Shown one piece after another: positions 9,693 through 18,977 of a DNA stretch of 56,403 bases (the stretch's first letter is position 1; each line of letters starts with the position of its first letter). The notes below the pieces were generated by a model. That model did not search any database, was not told where the DNA came from, and saw only the letters and a list, made by a program, of their open reading frames with translations. Where the stretch lies: assembly GCA_041739995.1 (NCBI GenBank), contig JBGSMV010000044.1, forward strand, positions 1 through 56,403, in the 5' to 3' direction. The translations under genes were made by a program, and so were the position numbers. Source of the stretch: Bdellovibrionota bacterium. Lineage in GTDB: Bacteria; Bdellovibrionota_C; UBA2361; JBGSMV01.

Positions 9693-11648
9693 ATGTTTCA
9701 AAGTGCCCCTAGACTGACTAGTCCAGCCATGATTTCACAACGTTTATATCGTTTCGTTCCTCGCTCAGCTCTGCGCCTTTTTTTGGTTGCGGTGCTCTGC
9801 GCTGGCATATTCGCCTCTGGACGCAACGTTCTCGCTGAACCCGAGGCTATAGAGCCGGATGAGGTGTTGCCCAACGCGGTAGAGCGTGGAATTGATTCGC
9901 TCGATGGGGACGATTCAGTTCTCATTGACCCGAATGGTATCGTGGCCAACGCGGAACCAGAAACGCATGAGCATGCTTCTGAATCGCGATTTCCGGAGGC
10001 TGAAGGAAAAACGATTCGATCGATTGATATTCGGGTGTTCGACGTTTTTGAGGATCCTGACCTCGCCATTTATCGAGCCGCCAATTCACTGAAGGTGAAT
10101 ACTAAGCGAGAGGTGGTGAGTCGCGAGCTGCTCCTTGTAGACGGAGATCCGTACAGGGATTTCCTTGCGATGGAGAGTGAGCGCAGGCTGAGAAACCTTA
10201 GATATCTGCGTAAAGTCAGCATCAGCCCGGTTATTGATGGGGACTTCGTAGATATCATCGTGTCGGTTCAGGATGTGTGGACTCTCCTCCCGCAATTTAG
10301 TTTTAACTCATCCGCTGGGCGTCAAACAATTTCTGGCGCTTTGGTTGAGACCAATTTTATGGGGCTTGGGAAGCGCATAGAGGTAGGTTACGAGAGCGAT
10401 GATTCTCGCGAGATATTACAGACGGTTTATGACGACAACCGACTCTTTGGTTCTCCTCTCCGTTTTGTTGGCGCACTGTTTCAGAGAAACGACGGACACG
10501 AAGGTGTCGTTTACCTCGGCCTCCCCTTTCGCTCATTGGTCGACCCCAAGTCCTGGTACGTTTCGTCTCGCATCTCCGACACGATCGGTCGTTTGTTTGA
10601 AAACGGGGACGAGGAATACATTTTTCGTCAAAACAACGATGACGTTGAAGCGCGCCACACCTGGGCCACGGGAGATCCTGAGCACGACCTCGATCGAAAA
10701 GGTTTAGGCTACCGCTATCAGAAGGACTATTTCGATGTCGCAAGCCTTCAGGACTATCAAGATCTAGATCTTGACCCGAGCGAAGTGAGCAACGATCCGG
10801 CCCGACTACCTGAGAATCGTACCTTTTCCGGGCCGGTATTTGCCTATGAGCATATTGAGCCGCAATTTATCTCCATGAACTATATCGATCGGTTCGAGCG
10901 GGTCGAGGATTTTAACCTTGGTGACCGTTACGATTTTAGTCTCATGCTCTCGCCCGAGTTCCTTGGTAGTCGTCTAAACACGGTGCTGATCTCGCTCAAT
11001 CGAAGTCTGGGGCATCGGTTTAGCGCGGGGTCCTTCCTTCGTGGAGAGGTGGGCTTTGCGTCGCGTTATGAGGAGGATGACTTCCAGAATACGCTGAGTC
11101 GATTCGAGCTGAAGTACTTTAGGGTGCTCGGCGACACGTATATCGGGGACACGTTTCTGGGCAAGCACACCCTCGCCGCCTCCTATTTCCTTGATTACGG
11201 CGCTGAGCTCGACGGTGACCGGCAGTTCACTTTGGGCGGTGACAATGCACTTAGAGGATATAAGGCGCGTGCCTTCGTGGGCGACAAGCGCATGGCGCTA
11301 AATCTCGAAGATCGCGTGCATCTTATGGATGATGTGTTTCGAATCATGAGCGTCGGGGCCGCAGCATTTGCGGATGTGGGCGGCGCCACTTACAGCGGAC
11401 TTGAGCAAATAGTAACTGAAGACCTGTACGGCGACGTGGGGATTGGGCTCCGGTTGGGCTTTCCGCGGTCGAGCGGTGGCGGTGTGGTACGCATTGATTT
11501 TGCCGTTCCATTCCGTGAAGCAGGCGATGGAACAAATGCTTACGAGGTTCGGGTAGTGTTCGCAGCAGGACAGCTCTTCAATTCCAAGCTGCGCAGCGAG
11601 AGCCTGGGCCCTGAAAAAGCCAATATCGAGATTGGAACCGATCATTAG
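9693..11648 (+). CDS. Omp85/BamA-TamA family outer-membrane protein (POTRA plus beta-barrel)
   Basis: Signal-like N-terminus, POTRA-like segment (T...V..RELL...GD......ESERRLR), ETNFMGLGK, LRGY, FADVG, VGIGLR, RIDFAVP. Start uncertain (9573/9693/9729). Confidence 0.88.
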   Translation: MFQSAPRLTSPAMISQRLYRFVPRSALRLFLVAVLCAGIFASGRNVLAEPEAIEPDEVLPNAVERGIDSLDGDDSVLIDPNGIVANAEPETHEHASESRFPEAEGKTIRSIDIRVFDVFEDPDLAIYRAANSLKVNTKREVVSRELLLVDGDPYRDFLAMESERRLRNLRYLRKVSISPVIDGDFVDIIVSVQDVWTLLPQFSFNSSAGRQTISGALVETNFMGLGKRIEVGYESDDSREILQTVYDDNRLFGSPLRFVGALFQRNDGHEGVVYLGLPFRSLVDPKSWYVSSRISDTIGRLFENGDEEYIFRQNNDDVEARHTWATGDPEHDLDRKGLGYRYQKDYFDVASLQDYQDLDLDPSEVSNDPARLPENRTFSGPVFAYEHIEPQFISMNYIDRFERVEDFNLGDRYDFSLMLSPEFLGSRLNTVLISLNRSLGHRFSAGSFLRGEVGFASRYEEDDFQNTLSRFELKYFRVLGDTYIGDTFLGKHTLAASYFLDYGAELDGDRQFTLGGDNALRGYKARAFVGDKRMALNLEDRVHLMDDVFRIMSVGAAAFADVGGATYSGLEQIVTEDLYGDVGIGLRLGFPRSSGGGVVRIDFAVPFREAGDGTNAYEVRVVFAAGQLFNSKLRSESLGPEKANIEIGTDH

Positions 11649-11860
11649 GCCCTTGGTTACTCCTTCTTAAATCAAAAATAAAACAAAGTTCTCTGTTCGC
11701 TTGCGCGTGGTTCGATCTCAGATGAGCGGCGACTATAGTTGTACGATCTACAGTGGGAGAAAGCGGAACTGTGGAGTACTTGGAGAACTAAGACTTGAAG
11801 GGATGTTGCGGCATGAACACTCGGGGTTCTGTGCTGTCATGGCAGTTTGAATGCTGCACC

Positions 11861-11886
11861 CAAAGAAAAAACGCCACATGTGGCGC
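11861..11886 (-). terminator. Rho-independent terminator closing the basic-microprotein unit
   Basis: Minus strand CGCCA-CATG-TGGCG hairpin followed by TTTTTTCTTT. Confidence 0.75.
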
Positions 11887-11924
11887 TTGATATCGTAGTC
11901 TTTCTAATTACTTAGAAGCTGTAC

Positions 11925-12100
11925 CGCATGACTACCTTACCGCTGAGTTACCAAACTGCGTAGCGACGATGAGGTAGCCATGCTGCACCGGTTTCTGCGC
12001 GAGGCTAAAATCAAAAGACGCCGAATCAAGAGACACTGAGTCAAAAGATACAGAGTCAAAAAAGACAGGGTCAAAAGACCTCGCCTCGGCAGAAACCTCA
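11925..12100 (-). ncRNA. Structured 3' trailer / candidate ncRNA downstream of the basic microprotein
   Basis: Stem 12083-12097 pairs with 11990-12005 (15 bp, one bulge) and encloses a repeat array. A second 12-bp stem GCATGGCTACCT/AGGTAGTCATGC needs a G-U pair that works only on the minus strand. Confidence 0.45.
12011..12080. repeat. Five degenerate tandem copies of a 15-bp unit (core TCAAAAGAC)
   Basis: TCAA cores start at 12011, 12026, 12041, 12056 and 12071, an exact 15-bp period. Confidence 0.9.
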
Positions 12101-12110
12101 AAACAACAGC

Positions 12111-12206
12111 TTACTTCTTACGGCGAGCTGGAGCTTTCTTTGCAGTCGTCTTCTTTGCAGGTGAACGACGGGTGGTCTTCTTTGTAGCTTTCTTCTTAGC
12201 AGCCAT
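12111..12206 (-). CDS. 31-aa Lys/Arg/Ala-rich histone-H1-like microprotein
   Basis: Not in the ORF track. MAAKKKATKKTTRRSPAKKTTAKKAPARRKK*. AGGAG RBS upstream. 15 of 31 residues are K/R, none acidic. Confidence 0.85.
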   Translation of the reverse strand: MAAKKKATKKTTRRSPAKKTTAKKAPARRKK

Positions 12207-12435
12207 TTTCTTTCTCCTGTACCGCACTGCCTTGTCGATTCTGTGACTGCCAATCCCGAGAGCCAACCTCAAGGGTTAGTCTCAGAATCAAAGCGAGCCT
12301 TCAAAAACTCACAAAGTCAATGCAATTACAAATGCAGTGTGGCTCAATGCCGAAGCCTCATTGCCCCGATATTAAACCCACTATTTGTTATCAGATTCCG
12401 CAATCGCCTCAGAGAATCCTCGCTTTGACCGGTGA
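12207..12435 (-). promoter_or_regulatory. Long structured 5' leader of the basic microprotein
   Basis: Perfect 10-bp inverted repeat 12419-12428 / 12288-12297 closes a multibranch domain containing a cUUCGg tetraloop. Alternative hairpins at 12237-12289. Confidence 0.55.
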
Positions 12436-12441
12436 CGAATG

Positions 12442-12469
12442 AGTTAAAGCCCCCACTCGCACATGTCAA
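12442..12469 (-). promoter_or_regulatory. Sigma70-type promoter
   Basis: Minus strand TTGACA-N16-TTAACT, immediately upstream of the structured leader. Confidence 0.6.
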
Positions 12470-12856
12470 AAACAAGCAAAAACCTCGGTTTTTACGGGTT
12501 CTTTCGTCGATACCGCATGACGAAAGAACTCAGCTTAAGCACCATTCAAATCTAAACAGTGCTTATCTCGAACGCATCAGCGAAACGAGCGGCGCATGAC
12601 AAAGTCTCTCCAAAGACAAAGCCAATGTGGCCAAGTCAGTAAGGAACTCATCAAGCAATCCACAAGTGTTGCTCGCGGAGCGCTGGCATTTATGAAATTC
12701 ATAAATGCTGTTCCACAGAGTGCCACTGGATTCTGGAGTTGGCAAGAATAATTCTTACATTGCTATTGCGCTGTGACATCGGATCGGATCCCGACACATT
12801 GGCGGGGTCGAAGCATGCATCGTGTGACTTCGATGCAATGGGAAGCGTCGATTACT

Positions 12857-14104
12857 CTAGTCGAGCTTGCACCACTGTCCCTGTGTAATGATCGCACGCT
12901 CTCCCCCGTCATGAAGTGTAGCAATTACATTAACTTGCTCGGACGAGATCATCATGTCGGTATGCACCGAACTCTCGTTGCATCCAAGTTCACGGAGTTC
13001 GTCCGCCGTAAGTGACTCAGAATCTCTGATGCAAAACTTATAGGCGGAGCCGACAGCAATGTGACATGCAGCATTCTCATCAAAAAGAATCTCCTCAAAC
13101 ACCAGCCCGCTTTGAAACACCGGGGAGTCGATGCCTACCAGGGCAACTTCCCCGAGGCGCCGACCTCCTTCGTCACTGTCAATGTAGGTTCCGAATGTCT
13201 TGCCACCCTCGTCAGCAGTGAAGTCGGCAATGAGACCGTTCTCAAATGTAAGAGATAGCCCTTTGACTAGGGCGCCATTAATGAAGAATGGCCTGGTGGT
13301 GCGAACTTTCCCCGATGTTTTGCGCCAGTCCGGGGTGGTGAAACACTCTTCGGTAGGTAAGTTGGGCTCGAACTCAGCACCATGCGGGCCACGGTCACTT
13401 CCGCCTTTAAATACCGCCCTTTTCGACAAGCCAACGCTAAGTTCAGTGCCCGGACCGATGAACCTTAAGGACTCGATTCCCATGTTGGTGAGTGTTCGCG
13501 CCCGCATTTGAAGATGTTCGTTGTGCAGTCTCCATGCCTCTAAAAACCCTGGTTGGTCTACTCGACAGATTTTAAAAATCTGATCCCAAAGGAGCTCTTT
13601 GGCTTGCTCAGGATTCGATTTTGGGAAGACTCTCTGTGCCCAGGCCGGTGTTGCGCCCGCGGCGACAGTCCAATGGACGAGGGATTTGTCGATGCCCTGG
13701 TCGTAAAATGATTTTACGCGATTGTACTGGGCGATGCGCCCGGCATTAATCAGCGCGGGGTCAAGACCGTGCATGAGTGCGGGGTCTTCGGGCCCTACTA
13801 TCTTTAGGTTGGCTCCGCGCTCATCTACGAGCTCTTGGTACTTCATCGCCAGGAAAGGAGGAGCATACCCCATTTGCTCCATGGAGGAGTGCTGGACTCG
13901 AAGTCTTGCCAGACGAGGTTCAGCAAGATCGATAGCCACATACCGTGCGCCGTGCGTATAGGCAGCCTTGGCCACCCTATAGGCGAGATCTCTGTGGACC
14001 ACCTCGGCAGAGATGTTGACTATCTGTCCTGGTTGTACATTAAGCCCGTGAGCCACGATGAGCTCAGCGTATCGATCGAGAAGGATGTCGAATGTTTCTG
14101 CCAT
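12857..14104 (-). CDS. M29 family aminopeptidase (AmpS/PepS type)
   Basis: GLNVQPGQ, PNLPTEECFTTP, LGEVALV, LFDENAACHIAVGSAY, NESSVHTDMM. Start set at ATG 14104 (MAETF); the track ORF extends to 14287. Confidence 0.95.
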   Translation of the reverse strand: MAETFDILLDRYAELIVAHGLNVQPGQIVNISAEVVHRDLAYRVAKAAYTHGARYVAIDLAEPRLARLRVQHSSMEQMGYAPPFLAMKYQELVDERGANLKIVGPEDPALMHGLDPALINAGRIAQYNRVKSFYDQGIDKSLVHWTVAAGATPAWAQRVFPKSNPEQAKELLWDQIFKICRVDQPGFLEAWRLHNEHLQMRARTLTNMGIESLRFIGPGTELSVGLSKRAVFKGGSDRGPHGAEFEPNLPTEECFTTPDWRKTSGKVRTTRPFFINGALVKGLSLTFENGLIADFTADEGGKTFGTYIDSDEGGRRLGEVALVGIDSPVFQSGLVFEEILFDENAACHIAVGSAYKFCIRDSESLTADELRELGCNESSVHTDMMISSEQVNVIATLHDGGERAIITQGQWCKLD

Positions 14105-14340
14105 ACTGATGTTTGTAGCGTGCCCGTGGAGGGTGCGAAAGGTCCTCCACCCTTGTCTCGGCCTCTCATCAATCTGGTCCCTTGCAGTACGTGCGGCCAG
14201 CTTGCTCTCGTTTGCGAGGGTACACGGCGCCCTGATTCCTTGCTTGAGGTCGCTAATTTGATGCGGTGCGGTCAGTAGCGAGTACATTTAGCGAGAGAAC
14301 GCCTTTGCTTATGGGTGAGCCCGATTCAGCCTATAAAGGC

Positions 14341-16719
14341 CTATCGTCGCATTCGCAGGCGCTGCGAGATGGACGAGCACAAGGTCTCAAATCTCTTCTG
14401 ATTCAATGCACGACGCGAGACTCCTGAGCTGCGTGGGTTTGCAATTCGACGCTTGCCGGTGGCCCCAGCGACAGAAACTGCCAGCTCCCTTACCCGAAAC
14501 GAAGCAAAACGTGATGAGAGACGCCCGCGCAGGGTGGCGGTGTGTCCGGGAACGATGGTTACCTGGGGTGCCGCGGCGCACAGCTGGCCATCGAGCCGTA
14601 GGGACGCAACCGCTGAGCCCGTGCCGCTGAAGTCCGATGGGCGAATCTTTATCGCGATGCGTTCTCCAGGAGTCAGTACCTTTTGCTTTGAGCCCGAGGA
14701 AGAGAGTCCCCATACTCGTACTGAATCCACTTTGAGGCTTCCGTCCGGAGCGCCACCGCCCGAACCGCACAGAGGGACGTATTGCAACGCCAGACCGTCT
14801 GTGGCTTTACGATCATTGAACGAGTAAGTCGCGAGACTCTGTTCTGTCCTGCCTTGAATCCCTACGGTCACATTAGCCTTGATGATGTTTTCAATGGCGC
14901 CGCTAGAGTACGACACCCACTGCTTCGCCGTACCGTCGGCATACAGGGTCAGACGAGCCTCTACATGTCCAAGACCTGGGTTGGTGTAAAGCGAGCTGTT
15001 CCAATAGAAGGTTGCTTGTTCCGAGGAGAGCTGCACCCTTACGCTCGACACCAAGTCGGTATGCAGTACCGCAATCGAACGGACGGGAGCTTTAGACGAG
15101 TTCTGCCAATCCATGCTCGAAGGTGCTGCCCCAAAGTACAGTACGCCATTTGGGGAAACCACTACGCTTTGCATAGCAACGCCATCGAACGTGAAGGGAA
15201 ACGGCAAGGAGACTGTTTTGAAGTTGAATTCGTCGACCCGTTCCATCAATAGAATGCCCGAGTCCGCAGACCGGTCTATCGCGTCTCCTTGTTGCGCGAT
15301 TCCATAAGGACAAGGAGCTGGAGCCGGGGCATCCGGAGGAAGAGGTACGGCGTCATTGGCTAGCAGTCGTCCGACGTTCAGGGCGCGCGCAGTTCGTACG
15401 ACTCCTTGTAGAGTTCCGAACGAGACGCCCGTGTCATAGAGGCGCTGAATTGCTTGACTCGCACTCAGCGCTGGTTCATAGGCGAGTAGCAGTGCCAAGG
15501 CTCCCGCTACATGCGGGGTTGCCATGGAGGTTCCCGAATAGCTGGCGTAACCGCCGCCGGGGACCGTGCTCAAGATACCTACGCCAGGAGCCGCGATGTC
15601 CACCGTAGAAGCGCCGTAGTTCGAGAAGCTTGCGAGGTTACGTTGACGATCGGTAGCCGCTACAGAGACGAGCGTTGAAGCTTCGTAATTAGCCGGATAA
15701 GAACCTGAGTGGTCATTATCATTGCTCTCATTGCCCGCAGCAGCCACGAAGATGATGCCCTCACTGGCTGCGCGGTCGATGGCTTCCTTAAGCGCTTGTG
15801 AAAACCCAGGACCACCCCATGAGTTATTTGAAACGCGAATGTTTACCCCGCGGCGCTTCATCATCACCATGTAATCAATTGCACGAATCGCTCCGGCTAT
15901 GCTGCCCGAACCGTTTGAACTAAGGAATTTAAGTCCCATGATTCGAACGTCCCAGTTTACCCCCACTACGCCGTTTGCATTGTTACCGCGTGCCCCGATG
16001 GTTCCGGACACGTGGGTGCCATGGCTATTGTCGTCCATGGGGTTTCCGCTGTTGGTGATGGCGTTATAGCCATGCACGTCGTCGATGACGCCATTGCCGT
16101 CGTCGTCAATATTGTTATTTGGAATTTCGCCAGGGTTAACCCAGGCATTTGCGGCAAGGTCAGGGTGAGTGTAGTCGAGCCCGGTATCAACTACGGCTAC
16201 TACCACTTGAGATGAGCCAGTGTGGCGGTCCCAGGCACGCGGCGCGTCAATACCGGCAGAATCAATCAGGCCCCATAGTTCGCCAAGGCGAGGGTCATTG
16301 GGTGTGGTGGCAAAGTGAGATACGAGCTGATTCTGTTCGCAGGCAGCGGCCACACCGCTGGTGATTAGGGACTGACAGACCCGGTCTGAGTCATCATAGG
16401 GAGCTGACGCTTGGGCGAGAGTGACCATGCCCGCGTCGGGAGTAACCAAAAGCTTGGACCCGTTCGACAGTGGAGCTTTTACGGTTAGGCCGTGCGGTGC
16501 CAAGAAGTGATTGGCCACGTCGCCTGCACCGGCAGTGCTCGCCGCTATCGCCGGAGTGATAATGTACTCATTGGGAACGACCAGGCGCTGGGCGTTCGCT
16601 TCCGCAGCAATACTTGAGGCAAGCACAAGACAGGCGAGCGTGGCAAACAGGAAAGGCTGGATTTTAGATAGGCCACACCTAGCGAAGAATTTTCCAAGCT
16701 CTAGAACGCTTCTTTGCAT
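14341..16719 (-). CDS. Secreted S8 (subtilisin-like) serine protease with C-terminal extension
   Basis: Catalytic triad VVDTG, HGTHVSG, GTSMATPHV. Oxyanion AAAGNE. Signal peptide. GGGGAG RBS upstream of ATG 16719. Confidence 0.96.
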   Translation of the reverse strand: MQRSVLELGKFFARCGLSKIQPFLFATLACLVLASSIAAEANAQRLVVPNEYIITPAIAASTAGAGDVANHFLAPHGLTVKAPLSNGSKLLVTPDAGMVTLAQASAPYDDSDRVCQSLITSGVAAACEQNQLVSHFATTPNDPRLGELWGLIDSAGIDAPRAWDRHTGSSQVVVAVVDTGLDYTHPDLAANAWVNPGEIPNNNIDDDGNGVIDDVHGYNAITNSGNPMDDNSHGTHVSGTIGARGNNANGVVGVNWDVRIMGLKFLSSNGSGSIAGAIRAIDYMVMMKRRGVNIRVSNNSWGGPGFSQALKEAIDRAASEGIIFVAAAGNESNDNDHSGSYPANYEASTLVSVAATDRQRNLASFSNYGASTVDIAAPGVGILSTVPGGGYASYSGTSMATPHVAGALALLLAYEPALSASQAIQRLYDTGVSFGTLQGVVRTARALNVGRLLANDAVPLPPDAPAPAPCPYGIAQQGDAIDRSADSGILLMERVDEFNFKTVSLPFPFTFDGVAMQSVVVSPNGVLYFGAAPSSMDWQNSSKAPVRSIAVLHTDLVSSVRVQLSSEQATFYWNSSLYTNPGLGHVEARLTLYADGTAKQWVSYSSGAIENIIKANVTVGIQGRTEQSLATYSFNDRKATDGLALQYVPLCGSGGGAPDGSLKVDSVRVWGLSSSGSKQKVLTPGERIAIKIRPSDFSGTGSAVASLRLDGQLCAAAPQVTIVPGHTATLRGRLSSRFASFRVRELAVSVAGATGKRRIANPRSSGVSRRALNQKRFETLCSSISQRLRMRR

Positions 16720-16950
16720 AACCACCAAACTCCCCTCTGCGAGAAAAACCTGAGAAGAACCTAAGAAAAATCTTAGTGCGCGTGAACAGGCATCAACCGT
16801 CAGGAATAAGTTTCGGGGAGTGGGCGCGAAACCATGATAATTCGGAGCGAAAAAGCCTTAAGCAAAGGCAATAGCTGCCAACTTGCGGATTCGCTGAGGG
16901 AATTTTTTGAGTAATGCGGAGGTTAGCGGCTGCTCAAAGCAGCCACCATG

Positions 16951-17865
16951 CTAGGAAGATTTCGCAGTGAGAAGCTCGGTGTCGAGTTCTCCGCTCTTGA
17001 TAAAGCGGGCCAGATTTTGCGCAAGCAGTCGACAATGTTGATTGACTTGCGCGCTTGGCGCTGCCGGGACCACCTTCGCGGGACTTGCGCCCTGACCAAC
17101 TCGTCCCTGTCCACTTCCTGCCTGTCCAATTCCTGCCTGTCCAATTGAGGCGCTAGGCGCTTGTTTCTGATGCCTTGGGTGTGGCCGAGTAGACACGGTA
17201 AAAACCCAACCGACCTTTCCTGGGGAGCGTCGCACTTCGAACAGAAACGAATCATTGGTGGAAAGCGCATTTGATATCAGTAAGGACTCGTCATTAGTAC
17301 GTGGAAGGCCGGCAGAACGCTGGGGAGACTTAACGGCGCTTCCCTTTGAAGGCGCGGCCTTGGAGGAAGGGCTGAGCTGAGTAGTCCCGCCGTCTGCATA
17401 TAAGGGCTGTGTGCGGTACGAGCTGGTGAACCTTAGGAAGAAAACCTTGGCCCGCTCCCATCCATACGTTGCATCTGGAAAGGAAAGCTCAAAGCTAGTT
17501 GGCTGCGCGGTCACCGCTTTTCGCGCTTCTGCCTCGGAGCTTTCAACTTCTATCACCGTTCCGTCCGCCTTTACGAAGCGGCGCGTGGCGAGACTGGAGT
17601 CATGACTGGATGAAGAATCTGCGCCTAAGAGGTTTGAGCCCAAGGACGCGCGGCTTGAAGAATCCAGATGTGGAGAGTGAGAACTGCTGCTGCAACCAGT
17701 CAAAGCTGCAGACAAAACAGCGCATGCACACATACACAAAAGCGGCCCGGAGGTTCGTCTAAGGAAAGGAGCTCGCGGGTAGCCTAGGAGCGTATGGCCC
17801 AGCTGCAGAGGGCGGTCATAAAACCGCTGCTCGCTACCGTTTCTGCCAAGCAGAGTTACGCGCAT
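16951..17865 (-). CDS. Hypothetical lipoprotein
   Basis: Hydrophobic stretch ending in a LTGC lipobox followed by a Ser run. Low-complexity GQAG repeats near the C-terminus. Confidence 0.65.
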   Translation of the reverse strand: MRVTLLGRNGSEQRFYDRPLQLGHTLLGYPRAPFLRRTSGPLLCMCACAVLSAALTGCSSSSHSPHLDSSSRASLGSNLLGADSSSSHDSSLATRRFVKADGTVIEVESSEAEARKAVTAQPTSFELSFPDATYGWERAKVFFLRFTSSYRTQPLYADGGTTQLSPSSKAAPSKGSAVKSPQRSAGLPRTNDESLLISNALSTNDSFLFEVRRSPGKVGWVFTVSTRPHPRHQKQAPSASIGQAGIGQAGSGQGRVGQGASPAKVVPAAPSAQVNQHCRLLAQNLARFIKSGELDTELLTAKSS

Positions 17866-17904
17866 GGCGCTCGTTTATGTGCTCAAATGTTTCAGTGCTA
17901 GGCC

Positions 17905-18324
17905 TTAGCTGAAGGAACTGCCGCAACCGCAAGTTCGCTTGGCGTTTGGGTTGACGAACTTAAAGCCCGTACCGTTAAGCCCAGAGACATAGTCTATTGT
18001 GGTACCACGGAGATATCCGGCGCTGATTGAGTCTACGAAAATCCTTACGTCAGCGAACTCAATAACCGCATCGTCCATACGAGGTTCTTTCTCGAAGTCG
18101 AGGCTATATTGGTACCCGGAGCATCCACCGCCCACGACCGAAACTCGCAGTCCGTCTCCAGCCTCACCCTCTTGTGAAATGGCGTTTTTAATCGCCTCGA
18201 CCGCAGGAGGAGTAATGCGAATTGGATTTTCGTCGGTTGGGGTCCAATCATCACCGCCGTCTACGCTAGGAATGGAGGTAGCGGCCTTGCCGGATCCAGA
18301 AGAACAAGAAGATTGATTATCCAT
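17905..18324 (-). CDS. HesB/IscA family A-type Fe-S carrier (ErpA/IscA-like)
   Basis: GGGCSGYQY, GTTIDY, NPNAKRTCGCGSSF. Confidence 0.97.
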   Translation of the reverse strand: MDNQSSCSSGSGKAATSIPSVDGGDDWTPTDENPIRITPPAVEAIKNAISQEGEAGDGLRVSVVGGGCSGYQYSLDFEKEPRMDDAVIEFADVRIFVDSISAGYLRGTTIDYVSGLNGTGFKFVNPNAKRTCGCGSSFS

Positions 18325-18379
18325 AGCAGCGATACCTTTCCGAAAAGAAAAACGGCCTTAATAAAATCAACTGATTACA

Positions 18380-18408
18380 ATTTTACGCTGAGCTCATGCC
18401 TCTGTCAA
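18380..18408 (-). promoter_or_regulatory. Near-consensus sigma70 promoter for the IscA/ErpA gene
   Basis: Minus strand TTGACA-N17-TAAAAT, 56 nt upstream of ATG 18324. Confidence 0.8.
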
Positions 18409-18564
18409 TTGTCGTAGGTGAGTGGCTCTATGAAGCTTTCAAAAGCTCATGGAAATAGACGCAGTTACGAGGCGCGAGTGGTATTGAGGTTTGTAAGTAG
18501 AGCAATCTTATTCCCTCCAAAAACAGTCCCGCCTGGCGGTCCACCCAGAGTGTCGAATCCGGTG

Positions 18565-18798
18565 TTACTTAGTTTTAATCCTTCCCGCAGCACTCTTCAG
18601 CGACGAGGCCACAGATGGTCCTGGTAAAGTGAGCGAGTAACGAGCCACTACGTTGGAACCAGGAAGCACGTCCCGAAGGAGCACGACGTTGCGTCTGCCG
18701 CGGATAGTTCTCTTTTTTGCCCTCTTCTGCCCGGGCTCTTTCACGGAAATGTTGACGACATACGTGGCACCACTAAGTGCGGGCACGATTATGCGCAC
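18565..18798 (-). CDS. Small basic hypothetical protein or gene remnant
   Basis: 77-aa ORF with a beta-strand-like pattern. The frame stays open about 35 codons further upstream without a start codon, so it may be a 3' remnant. Confidence 0.3.
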   Translation of the reverse strand: MRIIVPALSGATYVVNISVKEPGQKRAKKRTIRGRRNVVLLRDVLPGSNVVARYSLTLPGPSVASSLKSAAGRIKTK

Positions 18799-18977
18799 GC
18801 CAGCTCGTGCCTGCTTAAGGCGGGGCTTAGGCGGAATGGATTGAAGAGGGCTCTTCGTTGCAGTCAGCCACTGCCATACCTGTGCGGCTCTAAAGGAGAA
18901 AGCCTACGGGAGAAGTTACGCCACTACACGGCGCCTTGCTGTGGAGGCAAGTCCTCAGCGCGCCCCGAGAGCAGATC

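Noticed and set aside
12011..12080. CRISPR array
   Set aside because: 15-bp period with no unique spacers, and no cas genes in the window.
11861..12469. tmRNA, RNase P RNA or 6S RNA as the identity of the structured region
   Set aside because: No tRNA-like ends or ALAA-type tag, no GAGGAAAGUCC RNase P motif, and the leader looks multibranched rather than a 6S-like rod. An Rfam scan is still needed to exclude these formally.
14105..14287. N-terminal extension of the aminopeptidase ORF
   Set aside because: M29 similarity begins near MAETF (14104); the extension is probably an ORF-calling artefact.
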